Shown here: positions 28,924 through 38,888 of the stretch, one piece after another
Position numbering within the stretch: the stretch's first letter is position 1
Layout: every line of letters starts with the position of its first letter
DNA from: Roseibium sp.
Lineage (GTDB): Bacteria > Pseudomonadota > Alphaproteobacteria > Rhizobiales > Stappiaceae
NCBI RefSeq assembly: GCF_039982295.1
Contig: NZ_JBDWYP010000069.1
Coordinates: 4,964 to 68,963 of the forward strand
Direction of reading: 5' to 3'
Length of the DNA stretch: 64,000 nucleotides
The notes under the pieces: model-generated
What the model was told of the DNA's origin: nothing
The model's input: the letters and a program-made list of their open reading frames with translations, nothing else
Databases searched by the model: none
Made by a program: the position numbers and the translations under genes

Positions 28924-31086
28924 TCAGGCAGCGGTCTTCGCCTTGAACTCGATCCGGCGCCGATGCAGCACCGGCTCGGTGTAACCGTTGGGCTGTTCAG
29001 TGCCCTTGAAGACAAGGTCGCACGCGGCCTGGAAGCCAATGGAACCGTCAAAATCCGCTGACATCGCCTTGTAGAGCGGATCACCCGCGTTTTGCTCATC
29101 GACAAGCTTGGCCATGCGCTTCATGGTTTCCATGACCTGATCTTCGGTACATACGCCGTGGCGCAGCCAATTGGCGATATGCTGCGACGAGATGCGCAGT
29201 GTTGCGCGGTCTTCCATCAGGCCGACATTGTTGATGTCAGGCACCTTGGAACAGCCGACACCCTGCTCGACCCAGCGCACCACATACCCAAGGATGCCTT
29301 GAGCGTTATTGTCGAGCTCCGCCTGAATATCTTGCGCAGACCAGTTTGGGCGGGTTGCGACCGGTACGGACAGGATGTCCTCGAGCTTCGCAGCCTCGCG
29401 GGATTTCAGCTCGGCCTGACGCTCCGCGACATTGACCTTGTAGTAGTGCATGGCGTGGAGCGTGGCGGCGGTCGGTGACGGCACCCAAGCCGTGTTCGCG
29501 CCTGACATCGGATGGCCGATCTTCTGCTCCAGCATCGCTTCCATCAGGTCCGGCATGGCCCACATGCCCTTACCAATCTGGGCGTGGCCCGGCAGGCCGC
29601 AGGCAAGACCGACGTCAACGTTGTTGTTCTCGTAGGCGCTGATCCAGGTGGCGGCCTTCATGTCACCCTTTCGGATCATCGGACCAGCTTCCATGGAGGT
29701 GTGCATCTCGTCGCCAGTGCGATCCAGGAAGCCTGTGTTGATGAAGAACACGCGATCCCTGGCGGCGCGGATGCATTCCTTGAGGTTGACCGTCGTGCGG
29801 CGCTCCTCATCCATGATGCCCATCTTGAGAGTGTTGCGGGCCATGCCCAGCGCATCCTCGATCCGGTCAAACAGTTCAACCGCGAAGGCGACTTCTTCCG
29901 GGCCGTGCATCTTCGGCTTGACGATATAGACAGACCCGGCGCGGGAGTTCGTGTGGCGGCCGTTCGGGCCGATGTCATGCAGGCCGATCAGCGACGTGAT
30001 CATACCGTCCAGAATGCCTTCCGGCACCTCGTTGCCGTCCTTGTCCAGCACGGCGTCGATGGTCATCAGGTGACCGACGTTTCGGACCAGCAACAGGGAG
30101 CGGCCATGTAAGGCCACCTCACCGCCGTCCGGGGCTGTGTAGACACCATCCCCGTTCATGCGGCGGGTGATGCTCTTGCCGCCCTTCTCGAAGGTCTCTT
30201 CCAGATCGCCTTTCAGCAGGCCAAGCCAATTGCTGTAAACAACAACCTTGTCTTCGGCGTCGACAGCCGCGACTGAATCCTCGCAGTCCATGATGGTGGA
30301 CATGGCAGATTCCAGAATGACGTCGGCAATGTGAGCCTTGTCTGTCTTGCCGATCGGATGTTCTGCCTTGATGACGATTTCCAGATGCAGCCCATTCTTC
30401 GATAGCAGTACCTTGGACGGCGCGTCTGCCTCCCCAACATAACCGACAAATTGGGCCGCATCCTTCAGAGCCACGGCTCCTGAAGAGGTCGCAACTTTCA
30501 GGGCGGCGCCCTCTACTGACAGACCGGTGATGTCGGACCAGGAACCGCTGGCCAGTGGAGCGCTCTCGTCGAGAACCTTGCGGGCATAGGCTATGACTTC
30601 TGCGCCGCGGGCCGCATCGAAGCCACCGGCCTGCGGCTTCGAACCCATGGCGTCCGTACCGTAGAGCGCGTCATAAAGAGAACCCCAGCGGGCATTGGCG
30701 GCGTTTAGCGCATAGCGGGCGTTCATCACCGGAACGACGAGCTGGGCCCCGGCAACAGTGGAAATTTCAGGATCGACGTTATCCGTCGTGACCGAGAACA
30801 CCTCGCCCTCTGGCACAAGGTAACCGATTTCAGTCAGGAATGCCTTGTAGGCTGCCATGTCCGGCACCCCAGGATTGGCCTTGTGCCAGGCATCGATCTT
30901 GGCCTGAAGGTCGTCGCGCCTGGCAACCAGGGCACGGTTCTTGGGAGCGAGGTCATGAACGATTGCCGAAAGAGCCGACCAAAAGGAGGCTTGCTCTACG
31001 CCGGTTCCCGGCAACGCCTTGTCATTGACGAAGTCATATAGTTCCTGTGCAACCTGAAGGCCGTCTGCGTCAATGCGCGCCGTCAT
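28924..31086 (-). CDS. glcB: Malate synthase G
   Basis: 720 aa; [60 protein letters not shown]. Confidence 0.97.
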   Translation of the reverse strand: MTARIDADGLQVAQELYDFVNDKALPGTGVEQASFWSALSAIVHDLAPKNRALVARRDDLQAKIDAWHKANPGVPDMAAYKAFLTEIGYLVPEGEVFSVTTDNVDPEISTVAGAQLVVPVMNARYALNAANARWGSLYDALYGTDAMGSKPQAGGFDAARGAEVIAYARKVLDESAPLASGSWSDITGLSVEGAALKVATSSGAVALKDAAQFVGYVGEADAPSKVLLSKNGLHLEIVIKAEHPIGKTDKAHIADVILESAMSTIMDCEDSVAAVDAEDKVVVYSNWLGLLKGDLEETFEKGGKSITRRMNGDGVYTAPDGGEVALHGRSLLLVRNVGHLMTIDAVLDKDGNEVPEGILDGMITSLIGLHDIGPNGRHTNSRAGSVYIVKPKMHGPEEVAFAVELFDRIEDALGMARNTLKMGIMDEERRTTVNLKECIRAARDRVFFINTGFLDRTGDEMHTSMEAGPMIRKGDMKAATWISAYENNNVDVGLACGLPGHAQIGKGMWAMPDLMEAMLEQKIGHPMSGANTAWVPSPTAATLHAMHYYKVNVAERQAELKSREAAKLEDILSVPVATRPNWSAQDIQAELDNNAQGILGYVVRWVEQGVGCSKVPDINNVGLMEDRATLRISSQHIANWLRHGVCTEDQVMETMKRMAKLVDEQNAGDPLYKAMSADFDGSIGFQAACDLVFKGTEQPNGYTEPVLHRRRIEFKAKTAA

Positions 31087-31111
31087 ATCCCTGTCTCCTT
31101 GTTCGCTCAGT

Positions 31112-31156
31112 CTTTTCGATCATTCGATCGTGTTCTGGCTTTTCGATCATTCGATC
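31112..31156. repeat. 18-bp direct repeat (2 copies, 27-bp period) in the glcB upstream region
   Basis: CTTTTCGATCATTCGATC at 31112-31129 and 31139-31156. Confidence 0.85.
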
Positions 31157-31433
31157 TTTTTTTGGTCAGCGAGACGGGTGGTTCTCGCAAGCACGCGATC
31201 CCACCCATCGATATCTTCTTTTTCGCGGGAACGGCCTGCTGCGTCAATCCAGCGAGGACTGCAAGTACCTTTTCTATTTTGGAAAAGATAATTTTTATTT
31301 TCTCCTAACAACTTAGTTCGGAACCCTTATCAAATGCGCTTGCAACACTTCGCTATTTCTGCGAAGCCGTTCAGGCGGCCGTATTCCGCCGCCAGCTGCT
31401 CCGACATTCACGCCAACCATTTCCGGTAATCCC

Positions 31434-32351
31434 ATGAGCTTCGCCACCACGCTCTTTCGAGGCTATATTTTCGGCAATGCCACGCTGCTTTTGATCCTCA
31501 CGACCTTGATGTGGGGCGGCAACACCGTGGCCGGTCGGCTTGCGATCGGCGATGTCTCTCCCTTGGCGGTCGTGGCGCTGCGCTGGATCATCGTCAGCGT
31601 AGTCATGATCAGTCTGACCCTGCCAAAGCTCAAGGCGGAAATGCCTCTCATAAAGGCTCATCTGGGCCGTCTGTCGCTGATGGCCATCTTCGGCTTTACG
31701 GGCTTCAACTCGCTCTTTTACATCGCGGCCCATCGCACGACGGCCGTGAACCTCGGGATCATTCAGGGCTCAATGCCTGTTCTTGTCCTGATTGGCGCCG
31801 TGCTGGCCTTCGGAGTCCGGGTGCGGCCCTTGCAGGTCGTCGGCATCCTGATCACGCTTGCCGGTGTGGCAATGGTCGCAGCTCAAGGAGACCTGGACGT
31901 CCTGCTGCATCTGTCGATCAATCCCGGCGACGGCATCATGCTGATCGCCAGCCTGTTCTATGCGGGCTACACGCTTTCGCTTCGAAACCGCCCGCAGGTC
32001 TCGGGCATGGTTTTCTTTGCCGTCCTATCCGTCGTGGCCGCACTCACCTCCATTCCCGGACTGTTCTACGAGCATTCCATTGGCACTCTTCAATGGCCGA
32101 CGTTTCAGGGCTGGCTCGTGGTCCTCTACATTTCGCTTTTCCCGTCGAGCCTTGCCCAGATCTTTTTCATGCGCGGCGTCGAGCTGATCGGGCCCGCACG
32201 CGCTGGCGTCTTTATCAATCTGGTGCCGATCTTCGCAGCAGGCCTCGGCATTTTGATCCTGGGCGAGCCGTTTCATGCCTATCACGCAGTTGCCCTTGTC
32301 ATGGTGCTGGGCGGCATCTGGCTGTCAGAGCGAAAGAGCGAAAAAAAGTAA
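31434..32351 (+). CDS. DMT/EamA family transporter
   Basis: 10 TM, WGGNTVAGR, AGVFINLVPIF, GEPFHAYH. Confidence 0.9.
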   Translation: MSFATTLFRGYIFGNATLLLILTTLMWGGNTVAGRLAIGDVSPLAVVALRWIIVSVVMISLTLPKLKAEMPLIKAHLGRLSLMAIFGFTGFNSLFYIAAHRTTAVNLGIIQGSMPVLVLIGAVLAFGVRVRPLQVVGILITLAGVAMVAAQGDLDVLLHLSINPGDGIMLIASLFYAGYTLSLRNRPQVSGMVFFAVLSVVAALTSIPGLFYEHSIGTLQWPTFQGWLVVLYISLFPSSLAQIFFMRGVELIGPARAGVFINLVPIFAAGLGILILGEPFHAYHAVALVMVLGGIWLSERKSEKK

Positions 32352-32437
32352 TAAATTCCAAATCATAATGCCATTTGCCTCGCAATTGACCCACCGCGGC
32401 CTTGGCATTACCGCAAGGGCTTGGCAAATTAGCGGAT

Positions 32438-34969
32438 ATGGAAACACCGATCATTGTTGCGGCCTTTGCCGGCCTGCTTGTCACCATTTCCCTTTTGCAA
32501 CCACTGGCCAGAAAGCTCGGGCTTTCTCCCAGCGTGCTTCTGGCTATGGTCGGCACCCTGATCGGTATCGCGGCGACCTATCTTCTCTACACGCCGCGCA
32601 CTGACGCCTTCAACGACCTTGCCCTCGTCTTCGTCGATCCACCGATCGATTCAGAAAAGATCCTCTATATCTTCCTTCCGATCCTGCTGTTTCAGACCAC
32701 TTTGACGCTCGACGTCCGGCGGATCTTTGAGGACATCGGCCCGATTTTGGTAATGGCGATCGTGGCAGTCTTTGTCGCCACCTTCTTCATCGGGTTCGCG
32801 CTTTATCCGCTTGCAGGTTTCTCGCTGGTAACTTGCCTTTTGCTTGGCTCGATCGTCGCGACCACGGACCCGGTCGCGGTGGTCGGCATTTTCCGGGACA
32901 TCGGCGCGCCTCCCCGTCTTGGACGTATCGTCGAGGGTGAAAGCCTTCTGAACGATGCGGCCGCGATCGTGCTCTTTGTCATCCTGCTCGGCATCCTGAC
33001 CGGCACCCAGTCGCCTGATGCCGGCGAGGCGGCAATCGCCTTTTTGAGATCCTTCATCGGCGGGGTGATCGTCGGCACATTGATGGCCCGCGCCTGCGTC
33101 ATGGCTCTGCCGATCATGCGCGATCTGCCACTGGCGCAAGTGACGCTCAGCCTCGCCCTGCCCTATCTCATTTATGTCATATCGGACCAATTCGCTGATG
33201 TTTCGGCCGTGGTTGCCGTTGTCGCCGCCGGCATCGTGTTCAACCTCTATGGTCCCTCCCGTATTGCGCCCAGGAGCTGGACCTTCCTTCAAGATGTTTG
33301 GGAGCAAATCGCATTCTGGGCCTCGTCACTGATCTTCGTGCTGGCATCGATCATGATCCCGCAGCTGGTCGCCGGCTTCACGGAGCTTGATATTCTTCTC
33401 CTGCTCATCCTCGTGGTTGCCGCCCTTGCAGCCCGTGCGGTCGTGATCTTTGGCCTCTTGCCGATCCTTTCAGTCCTCAAGGTCGGCGAACGTGTCAACG
33501 TGAAGTTCAAGACGGTGATGCTTTGGGGTGGCATGCGCGGCGCCGTCACGCTGACGCTCGCTTTGAGCGTTTCGGAACATGCTGCCCTGAGCGACGAGAT
33601 CTCGTCCTTCGTCACCAAACTGGCCACGGGCTTCGTGCTGTTCACGCTCCTTGTCTATGGCTCCAGCCTGAAGCCTTTGATCAAGCTGCTGAAGCTGAAC
33701 CGGCTGTCGCCGCGTGATGAAGCTCTCAGAAACCAGTTCCTCGTCCTGGCCCTTTCGGACGTCCGACAGGGTATCACCGAAGCTGCCGAAGACTATCATA
33801 TTGCGCCCGAACTGTCCGAGCGGGTGACAAGCATCTATGAAGAGCGCACCAAGAACGCGTCGGAATCCTCGGTATCGCTGAAGGACCTCAAGGACAAGGA
33901 GCGCGTCATCCTGGGCCTCGTTGCGCTGGCCGACCGGGAACGCGAGCTGGTGCTCAAGCACTTTCACGAGAAAACGATTTCCAATCGCGCCGTCTCCAAA
34001 CATCTGGCGGCGGCCGGACGGATTGGCGACCTCACTAGAACCGAAGGTCGTGCCGGCTACAATCGGGCGACCCGTGCGCCGCTGCAATTCGGTCTTCGCT
34101 TGCGCTTCGCTCAGTGGCTGCATCGCAGGCTGAAAATCCAGTGGTTTCTATCGAACCAGATATCGGACCGGTTCGAATTCCTGCTGGTCAGCCGGATCGT
34201 CGCGGGGGAGCTTATTGCGTTCAACCAGCGGCGGATCCGGCCTCTGGTCGGAGATCGCGTCGGCGGCATTCTCAATGACACGCTCTGTGCCCGGCGCGAA
34301 GAGATCCTGCGCGCCGTTGAGGCCCTTCGATTGCAGTATCCGGACTATGCCGATGCGCAGGAAGTGCTTTTCCTCCGCAACACCGGCCTGCGGCTGGAGG
34401 AGACGGCCTACGCCGATGCGCATTCGCAAGCGCTGATCGGAGCCGAACTTTACAATGATTTGACAGGGGAACTTTCAAACGCCCGATTGAAGACCCATCA
34501 GCGACCCAAGCTCGATCTTGGCATGAGGACCGAAGACCTTCTTGCGCAACATGTGCTGTTCTCGAGCTTGAGCGACGCCCGGAGGCGAGCTATCGCCAAA
34601 TTGATGCGGCCCAGATTCGCCATTCCCGGAGAGAAGCTGATCCAGATGGGCGACAAGGGCGACACGGCCTTCTTTATCTCTTCCGGTGCTGTCGAAGTGC
34701 GGACCGCGAACAGCTCTTTCAGGCTTGGGCGCGGCGAGATGTTCGGGGAAATCGCCCTGATTACGGGCAGGCCGCGAAGCGCGGATGTAAAGGCGCTTGG
34801 CTATTGCCAGCTGCTGACGCTTTCGGCTGCGGACTACCGGACGCTCATGGACCAAGCGCCCGACATCAAGGCTCATATGGACAGTCTCTCGTCACGGCGT
34901 CAAAGCATCAATGCTGGTAACGGCCTGGAAGCCGACGCCGGCGAAGGTGCAGACACGACGGCGACCTAG
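32438..34969 (+). CDS. CPA1 Na+/H+ antiporter with C-terminal cyclic-nucleotide-binding domain
   Basis: FLPILLF, ATTDPVAV, EGESLLNDA, WGGMRGAV; C-terminal FGEIALITGRPRSADV phosphate-binding cassette. Confidence 0.92.
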   Translation: METPIIVAAFAGLLVTISLLQPLARKLGLSPSVLLAMVGTLIGIAATYLLYTPRTDAFNDLALVFVDPPIDSEKILYIFLPILLFQTTLTLDVRRIFEDIGPILVMAIVAVFVATFFIGFALYPLAGFSLVTCLLLGSIVATTDPVAVVGIFRDIGAPPRLGRIVEGESLLNDAAAIVLFVILLGILTGTQSPDAGEAAIAFLRSFIGGVIVGTLMARACVMALPIMRDLPLAQVTLSLALPYLIYVISDQFADVSAVVAVVAAGIVFNLYGPSRIAPRSWTFLQDVWEQIAFWASSLIFVLASIMIPQLVAGFTELDILLLLILVVAALAARAVVIFGLLPILSVLKVGERVNVKFKTVMLWGGMRGAVTLTLALSVSEHAALSDEISSFVTKLATGFVLFTLLVYGSSLKPLIKLLKLNRLSPRDEALRNQFLVLALSDVRQGITEAAEDYHIAPELSERVTSIYEERTKNASESSVSLKDLKDKERVILGLVALADRERELVLKHFHEKTISNRAVSKHLAAAGRIGDLTRTEGRAGYNRATRAPLQFGLRLRFAQWLHRRLKIQWFLSNQISDRFEFLLVSRIVAGELIAFNQRRIRPLVGDRVGGILNDTLCARREEILRAVEALRLQYPDYADAQEVLFLRNTGLRLEETAYADAHSQALIGAELYNDLTGELSNARLKTHQRPKLDLGMRTEDLLAQHVLFSSLSDARRRAIAKLMRPRFAIPGEKLIQMGDKGDTAFFISSGAVEVRTANSSFRLGRGEMFGEIALITGRPRSADVKALGYCQLLTLSAADYRTLMDQAPDIKAHMDSLSSRRQSINAGNGLEADAGEGADTTAT

Positions 34970-34998
34970 AAACCCAACGTGTCCTGTTCCGCTGAGAC

Positions 34999-35205
34999 CT
35001 ACCCTGCCGTGGTGCAGATGACGGACAGAGACTTGAGCATGGCCGCCTCAGCGCCGAAGCAACATGCGTGCAGCGTGAAAAAACCGACAGAAAGAAGCGT
35101 GCCCGTCGCAAGTGCGCCAAGCAACCAGGGATCCTGACGGATTTCTTCCAGGATATTATCGGCCTCAAGTTCCTGTGACAGCGCTGCCTGTGCGTATGCG
35201 CTCAT
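34999..35205 (-). CDS. Hypothetical 68-aa single-TM protein after coxG
   Basis: GAGGGG RBS; TM WLLGALATGTLLSVGFFTL followed by HACCF...IC. Confidence 0.55.
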   Translation of the reverse strand: MSAYAQAALSQELEADNILEEIRQDPWLLGALATGTLLSVGFFTLHACCFGAEAAMLKSLSVICTTAG

Positions 35206-35264
35206 TGTATTCCCCTCCACTCAGTGACAAGAGATCAGGCGCATGGCGCCTGATCAAATGATCG

Positions 35265-35810
35265 TCAGGCGTCTTCTTCCGCCGTGTTGTCCTTCTTGCC
35301 GAACATGCCCGACAACCAACCTTTTTTGTCCTCGGCCTGTTTTTCGTCAGCTCCGTCTCCAGACTTATTTGGCGCAACGGTTTCGCCAAACGTCTTGAAG
35401 AACTCCCCGGCGAGACGCTTTGCGGTCGAGTCGATAAGCCGGGAACCGAGCTGTGCAAGCTTGCCGCCGATTTGCGCATCGACATCATAGTGAAGAATGG
35501 TCGCGTCCGGACCATCTTCTTCCAGACGGACAACCGCTCCTCCCTTCGCAAAGCCGGCAACACCGCCGGAGCCTTCCCCGACGATGCGATAGCTCTCTGG
35601 CGGATTAAGATCCTCCAGGGTGACCTTGCCGCCGAACTTGGCCTTGACCGGGCCGACCTTCAGCAGAACCTTGGCTTCCATTTCCGTATCGGAGTGCTTT
35701 ACCAGCTCCTCACAGCCAGGGATGCAGGCCTTCAAGACATCCGCATCGTTGAGTGCCGCCCAAACGGTCTCGCGCGGAGCCTCGATGCGTTGGCTGTCTT
35801 CCATTTTCAT
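35265..35810 (-). CDS. coxG: CO dehydrogenase accessory protein CoxG (SRPBCC)
   Basis: VWAALND..VLKACIPGCEE, KVGPVKAKF.G, GKLAQLGSRLID. Confidence 0.9.
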   Translation of the reverse strand: MKMEDSQRIEAPRETVWAALNDADVLKACIPGCEELVKHSDTEMEAKVLLKVGPVKAKFGGKVTLEDLNPPESYRIVGEGSGGVAGFAKGGAVVRLEEDGPDATILHYDVDAQIGGKLAQLGSRLIDSTAKRLAGEFFKTFGETVAPNKSGDGADEKQAEDKKGWLSGMFGKKDNTAEEDA

Positions 35811-35837
35811 GAGAAATTTCTCCAGTTTTCTTGAACG

Positions 35838-36707
35838 TCAGGCGTAAGCGGTTTCATTCACATTGCCGCGCTGGTCTTTGCGGCGGATGCGAAGAATTTC
35901 GGCGAGGATGGAGAGAGCGATCTCCTCAGGTGTAATCGCACCAAGGTCAAGCCCGGCGGGAGCCTTTACCCGGTCAAGCGCTGCCGGATCGACGCCCTCG
36001 GCCAGCAACTTGGCCCTTAAACTTTCAGCCTTCCTGTGACTTCCGACAAAAGCCACGTGCTCGGCCCCGACAGAAACAGCGGCCTTGAGCGCCGCCTGAT
36101 CGCCGCGCCCCTGTGTCGCCACGACGAGATAGCGACACGCGGTTGTCTCAACAGGAAGAGCATAGCCTTCAATGCGTTCATTGGCGGCGGCAAAAGCGCC
36201 CTGATCCTCGGACGGTGCACAAACGGTGAGATCGAAACCGACGCGCGGTCCGAGATCGGCAAGGGCAATCGCGACCGGGCTGGCTCCAAGGATCACGAGA
36301 GACGGACGCGGCAGAACCGGCTCGACGAAAATATCCATGGTTCCCTGGCTCGGACACATGTTGCTGGCGAAACGGATGCCGTCCTTTTCCTCCCCGGCGG
36401 CAACACCGCGATCCTTGAGAAGCTCCTCCGGCTGAATGGAAACCAGACGCGTTTCGCCGTCTGCCAGAGCTTCGCGTGATGCCTTGAGCACAGCCCCACG
36501 GGCACAGCCGCCGCCGATCCAACCGCCTGCGATCGAGCCATCGGCACGGATCACCGCTTTCGCACCGGCCTTGGCGGCGGTGACGGAAATCGTCCGAACG
36601 ACTGTCGCGAGGCTGAATGGCTCGCCGGCGCGCCGCAGTCGGCTCATGAGATCATGCAGATCCTCGTTCTCTCGTTGAGGCAAATCGAGGCTTTGGGAAG
36701 GTGTCAT
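35838..36707 (-). CDS. coxF: CoxF (XdhC/CoxI family maturation factor)
   Basis: TAAKAGAKA, GWIGGGCA, CPSQGTMDIFVEP, APAGLDLGAITPEEIALS. Confidence 0.9.
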   Translation of the reverse strand: MTPSQSLDLPQRENEDLHDLMSRLRRAGEPFSLATVVRTISVTAAKAGAKAVIRADGSIAGGWIGGGCARGAVLKASREALADGETRLVSIQPEELLKDRGVAAGEEKDGIRFASNMCPSQGTMDIFVEPVLPRPSLVILGASPVAIALADLGPRVGFDLTVCAPSEDQGAFAAANERIEGYALPVETTACRYLVVATQGRGDQAALKAAVSVGAEHVAFVGSHRKAESLRAKLLAEGVDPAALDRVKAPAGLDLGAITPEEIALSILAEILRIRRKDQRGNVNETAYA

Positions 36708-36717
36708 CGGATTGTCC

Positions 36718-37920
36718 TCACAGCTTCGCGAGATAGGGTTCGAGAGCGGCCAGGCTGTCCAGATTGTGTGCCGGTGCAAACAGATCAACGTGGGGAAGAG
36801 CAGCGGACATGCCCCCTGCCGTCGGCTCGTATCCCTGCCATCCGATCAAGGGATTGAGCCAGACGATGCGCTTGCACCTCCGTCGCAGTGCGGCCATTTC
36901 AGCACCAAGCTGCTGCGGATCGCCGGTGTCATAGCCATCGGACAGGATCATGACGCACGTACGAGAATGAATAACCCTTGCCGCATGCCAGCGATTGAAC
37001 TCGGCGATGGCCTCGCCGATCTTGGTGCCTCCGCCGACGCCCTGCGCCATCAGCCCCATACGATCGAGCGCTCTTGCCGCATCGCGTTCGCTCAACGCCG
37101 ACGAGACATGCACGAGACGCGTGTGGAACAGAAACGCTTCTGCCTCGCGGAAATTGTCTAGAATACCGTGAACAAACCGAGTGAAGACACCGGTGTAATT
37201 GTTCATCGACCCGGAGGCATCAAGAAGCACGACCAGACGCAACTGACGCTCCCGTGGGCCCTTTCGGATCAATTCGATTGGTGTGCCGCCGTGCGAGATC
37301 GAATGACGAATGGTCCGGCGCAAATCAAGGCGTGGGCCCTTACGTTTTTGCCGATCACGACGGGTCAGCCGAACCCGCATGGAGTGTGCGAGACGTTCGG
37401 CGAGCTGATGTGCCCGTTCCATGGCCTCTGGGTCGTGGATCTTTCGGAAGTCGGTCTGACCAAGATTGTCCGCAATGCTTGCGCCCTCGCGCTTCGCATC
37501 GGTCTCGGCCTCGCTGTCTTCGTCTTCCTCCTCGCCGGCCGTCCGCTCGACATCCCCAGCGGGACCGTCGGTGGTTTGAACGCTCGCATCAGTCAACTCG
37601 CGGATCGTCTTTACGCCCTTCTTGGGACTATCGCCGACGCTCTTGATCGCCCCCTTGAGGCCCTTGGCAAACCAGTAGGCGTCGAAGATCTCGTCAAAGG
37701 CCTGCCAGTCCGAACGGCGCCCGCAGAACAGTGCCCGGAAGGCACCCTTCAGCTCGTGCGGCCGAGAAGACAGGTGAGATCTGAGCAACGCAAGCGCATC
37801 ATTTGTTTCTGCCAAGCCGACCTTGAACCCGCTGTCACGCAGCGAACGCACGAAGCCTGCAAGCCGCATGCGCAATGCGGCGCCGATGTCATCGCGGGTT
37901 TCAAGGACAAGGGCGGCCAT
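36718..37920 (-). CDS. coxE: CoxE von Willebrand A domain protein
   Basis: LLDASGSM (MIDAS), GGGTKIG, ILSDGYDTG, WLNPL. Confidence 0.92.
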   Translation of the reverse strand: MAALVLETRDDIGAALRMRLAGFVRSLRDSGFKVGLAETNDALALLRSHLSSRPHELKGAFRALFCGRRSDWQAFDEIFDAYWFAKGLKGAIKSVGDSPKKGVKTIRELTDASVQTTDGPAGDVERTAGEEEDEDSEAETDAKREGASIADNLGQTDFRKIHDPEAMERAHQLAERLAHSMRVRLTRRDRQKRKGPRLDLRRTIRHSISHGGTPIELIRKGPRERQLRLVVLLDASGSMNNYTGVFTRFVHGILDNFREAEAFLFHTRLVHVSSALSERDAARALDRMGLMAQGVGGGTKIGEAIAEFNRWHAARVIHSRTCVMILSDGYDTGDPQQLGAEMAALRRRCKRIVWLNPLIGWQGYEPTAGGMSAALPHVDLFAPAHNLDSLAALEPYLAKL

Positions 37921-37921
37921 G

Positions 37922-38806
37922 TCAGGCCACCTTGCCCAGGAGCCGGTCGGTCACATCCTTGGTGACACGTGCCTGGTCTTCTCTAGTCTTCAGCACGCAA
38001 GCCAGCGTTTCAAAGACGAGCTCACGCTGATCGTGCAAATTGTTGCGACCACCAAGACCAATCAGCGCCGATGCCCAATCTATGGTCTCGGCAACCCCGG
38101 GCACCTTGGCAAGGTCTTCCTTGCGCAGGTTGCCCATCAGTTCCGCGATTTGCAGCGCCAGCTTGGCATCGAGGCCCTCGACACGGCTGAGCAGGATCCG
38201 CGCCTCACGATCAGGAGCCGGATAGTCGACATAGTGATATAGACAACGGCGACGCAAAGCATCGGAGAGCTCGCGCGTGCCATTGGAGGTTAGAACGACA
38301 CGGGGAATGCTCCTCGCCTCGACCGTCCCGAGCTCCGGGATAGACACCTGATAGTCCGACAGGATTTCGAGGAGGAAGGCTTCAAACTCCTCATCAGCGC
38401 GGTCAATCTCGTCGATCAACAGAACCGGGGCCTTGTCCTGCCGGATGGCCGCCAACAAGGGCCGCTCCAGCAGGTATTTTTCAGAAAACACCGCCTCCTC
38501 GATCGCATTGGCGGTTTCGCCGGAGCCTTCATGGGCCTTGATCGCAAGGAGCTGGCGTTGATAATTCCATTCGTAGATCGCATCCGAACGATCCAGGCCT
38601 TCATAGCACTGCAAGCGGATCAGATCGGTGTTTTCGAGCTTAGCCAAGGCCTTGGCAACTTCGGTCTTGCCGACGCCAGCCTCGCCCTCAAGAAGCAATG
38701 GCCGCTTCAGCATTTCAGTCAGGACCAGCGCTGTCGCGAGACCTTCATCTGCCACGTAGCCGGTTTCGGCCAGTGCCGTCGCCAGTTGCTGCTTGGTTGT
38801 TGTCAT
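37922..38806 (-). CDS. coxD: CoxD MoxR-type AAA+ ATPase
   Basis: LLLEGEAGVGKT, RLQCYEGLD, LLIDEIDRAD, DALRRRC. Confidence 0.93.
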   Translation of the reverse strand: MTTTKQQLATALAETGYVADEGLATALVLTEMLKRPLLLEGEAGVGKTEVAKALAKLENTDLIRLQCYEGLDRSDAIYEWNYQRQLLAIKAHEGSGETANAIEEAVFSEKYLLERPLLAAIRQDKAPVLLIDEIDRADEEFEAFLLEILSDYQVSIPELGTVEARSIPRVVLTSNGTRELSDALRRRCLYHYVDYPAPDREARILLSRVEGLDAKLALQIAELMGNLRKEDLAKVPGVAETIDWASALIGLGGRNNLHDQRELVFETLACVLKTREDQARVTKDVTDRLLGKVA

Positions 38807-38888
38807 GGGACTGACTTCATCGTCACAGAGTGATCATCGGGGCGGAGCAACCGGCCGCGGGTCAAACCCGCGACCGGTGACTTCAAAC

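Noticed and set aside
31087-31430. Glycine riboswitch expected upstream of glcB (and upstream of the usp-AGCS operon)
   Set aside because: No GGAGA...CGCCGAAGG...CTCTCAGG aptamer core on the coding strand in either region
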